Positions 62,383-64,000 of a stretch of DNA of 64,000 nt are shown in pieces (the stretch's first letter is position 1; every line of letters starts with the position of its first letter). A program made the translations under genes and the position numbers. The notes beneath the pieces were generated by a model. That model worked only from the letters and a program-made list of their open reading frames with translations. It was not told the DNA's origin and made no database searches. This DNA comes from an uncultured Chloroflexota bacterium (GTDB lineage Bacteria; Chloroflexota; Dehalococcoidia; UBA2979), in assembly GCA_903917615.1 (NCBI GenBank), contig CAIXBH010000172.1, positions 5,898 through 69,897 on the forward strand. The letters run 5' to 3'.

Positions 62383-64000
62383 CTAGACGCTGTAAGTGTT
62401 CGACATCTTGTAGCCGGTGACGCGGGTCGAGGCCCACGGGCCGGTGATCGTGTCGAACCCGCCCAGCGTCGGCTGGACGTAGTACTTCGCGGGGACCGCG
62501 TAGAGCACCAGGTTCGGGAGCCATTCGTCCACGTACTTCTGCTGGTACGTGTCGAGCAGCGCCTTCCGCTTCTCGAAGTCGAGTTCGGCCAGCGACTTCT
62601 CGACGAGCGCGTCGAGGTCCTTGTTGCTGAACCCGCCATAGTTGCGGCTGCCCTTGGTGTGGGTGTGCGCGTACGCCTCGAGCGCGGCGTCCGGGAACAT
62701 CGTGCTGTCGTTCGAGATCATCTGGAAGTCGTTGCCGGCCTGATGCTTGTCGAACGTCGCGGAGTCCGGATCCTGCTTCAGCGTCATCTTCATCGCGGGG
62801 AAGGTCTTCTGCATCTGGGCCTGGAAGCGGACCGAATTCTCGCGGTCGTCTGCCTTGACCTTGTTCAGCAGGTCGATGGAGATTCCGGCACCCTTGTCGA
62901 AGCCGGCAGCTGTCATCAGCTTGTTGGCCTCCGCGATGTCCTTGTCCTTCGTGGCAGGGTTGAAGCCGGCGAGCGTCTTCACCTTGTCCTCGGACCAGGC
63001 CTCCGGGAAGCCCGGGTGCATCGCGGCGAGGTAGCCCCAGCCGCCGCCCTCGCCGTAGTAGCCGTTCCCCAGTTCCTTGTAGTCGATCGCCAGCGACAGG
63101 GCCTTGCGCACGCGGAAGTCCTGGAAGAACTGAATCTTCATGCTGGGACGGAAGTACATGTAGTTGATGTTGAGGAACTGGTAGAGCAGGGCATCCGGCC
63201 GAGCGGCGCCGATCGTCTTCTGATCCTGCGCGGTCGGGGAGGCCATGATCGCGATCTGGCGGCTCAGGAACGCCGCGAGCTGGGTCGCGTGGTCCGGCAT
63301 CTGGATCAGGACGAACTTGTCGAAGTGCGGCTGGTCCTTGCGCCAGTAGTCCGGGTTCTTCTGGAACACGTTCTGGACGCCCGGCTTGTCCTCCGGGCTC
63401 ATCTGCCACGCGGAGATGCCACCGAACTTCTGGTTGTCCTTGAAGCCGACCTCCACGATGCCCTTCGGCATCCAGAGGCTGCGGATTTCCGTGAGACCGG
63501 TGAAGAAGGTGCTGGTCGGCTGCGTCATCGTCACGCGGACGGTGTTCGCGTCGGTGGCCTCGACCTTGCTCATCCCGACGAGCGTGGAGGCGCGCTGGAA
63601 CGAGGCGAGCGGGAGCTTCTCCGCCTCCGCGGTGTTGCCGGCGGTGCGGTTGATGTTGAACACCGCGTCTTCGGCATTGAAGTCACGGCCGTTCCACGGC
63701 GCCTTGTTCTGGATCTTGATGCCCTTGCGAACCTTCAGGGTGAGGTGCGTCGGGTCGGTGACTTCCCACGACTCGATGATGTTGCCGCGGATCTTGCCGG
63801 TCCACTCGTCCATCTCAAGCCCGCGCTCGCCGATGACGGACCACTCCGAAGCCGAGACCGCGGTGTGCGCGTCGTGCTCCGTGTAGGTCTCGGTCGCGGC
63901 GATGGTGACGGTGCCGCCGTTCTTGGGCGTGCCCTGGACCACGGGGTTGAAGGGATGGGTGATCTTCGCCGACGCGCCCTCGGTCGCGCCCGCGGGAAGG
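62383..64000 (-). CDS. ABC transporter substrate-binding protein, family 5 (peptide/nickel/opine), N-terminus outside the window
   Basis: SBP_bac_5-like sequence. The frame stays open past 63942 to the window end (...PAGATEGASAKITHPFNPVVQGTPKNGG), so the signal peptide lies beyond 64000. Confidence 0.85.
   Translation of the reverse strand, partial: LPAGATEGASAKITHPFNPVVQGTPKNGGTVTIAATETYTEHDAHTAVSASEWSVIGERGLEMDEWTGKIRGNIIESWEVTDPTHLTLKVRKGIKIQNKAPWNGRDFNAEDAVFNINRTAGNTAEAEKLPLASFQRASTLVGMSKVEATDANTVRVTMTQPTSTFFTGLTEIRSLWMPKGIVEVGFKDNQKFGGISAWQMSPEDKPGVQNVFQKNPDYWRKDQPHFDKFVLIQMPDHATQLAAFLSRQIAIMASPTAQDQKTIGAARPDALLYQFLNINYMYFRPSMKIQFFQDFRVRKALSLAIDYKELGNGYYGEGGGWGYLAAMHPGFPEAWSEDKVKTLAGFNPATKDKDIAEANKLMTAAGFDKGAGISIDLLNKVKADDRENSVRFQAQMQKTFPAMKMTLKQDPDSATFDKHQAGNDFQMISNDSTMFPDAALEAYAHTHTKGSRNYGGFSNKDLDALVEKSLAELDFEKRKALLDTYQQKYVDEWLPNLVLYAVPAKYYVQPTLGGFDTITGPWASTRVTGYKMSNTYSV

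Overview
This is a high-GC (about 68-70%) bacterial chromosomal window. The guess of Actinobacteria or Chloroflexi/Thermomicrobia rests on codon usage alone and is weak. No rRNA, tRNA, CRISPR array, transposase or integrase is visible. The first ~23 kb is core metabolism: the 3' end of aconitase, aminopeptidase N, SURF1, a eukaryote-type glutamine synthetase II, an alkaline-phosphatase-family protein, a DUF255 thioredoxin-domain protein, metF, a B12-dependent methionine synthase encoded as two adjacent ORFs, and cobQ. MFS transporters are interspersed. From about 23 kb to the window end the content changes to a dense accessory region. It holds five family-III (CaiB/BaiF) CoA-transferase genes, one of them a 776-aa tandem fusion. 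It also holds two closely related MmgE/PrpD paralogues, an SCP-x-type thiolase with a DUF35 Zn-ribbon/OB-fold partner, and an HpcH/HpaI aldolase. Further genes encode a cupin, two amidohydrolase-2 proteins, an LLM oxidoreductase, an SDR, an epimerase, a deacetylase-family protein and several alpha/beta hydrolases. Transport genes include MFS transporters, a heterodimeric ABC exporter pair and a peptide/opine-type ABC importer. No dedicated transcription factor is recognisable across roughly 40 kb of this region. Other observations are a head-to-head pair of truncated gene remnants at 20.5-21.6 kb and a secreted protein with a sorting-signal-like C-terminus. There is also a pore-loop channel-like protein with a TLGLGD filter and a lower-GC lipoprotein gene. 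Several long six-frame ORFs are antisense artefacts of real genes, as expected at this GC content, and were trimmed or rejected.
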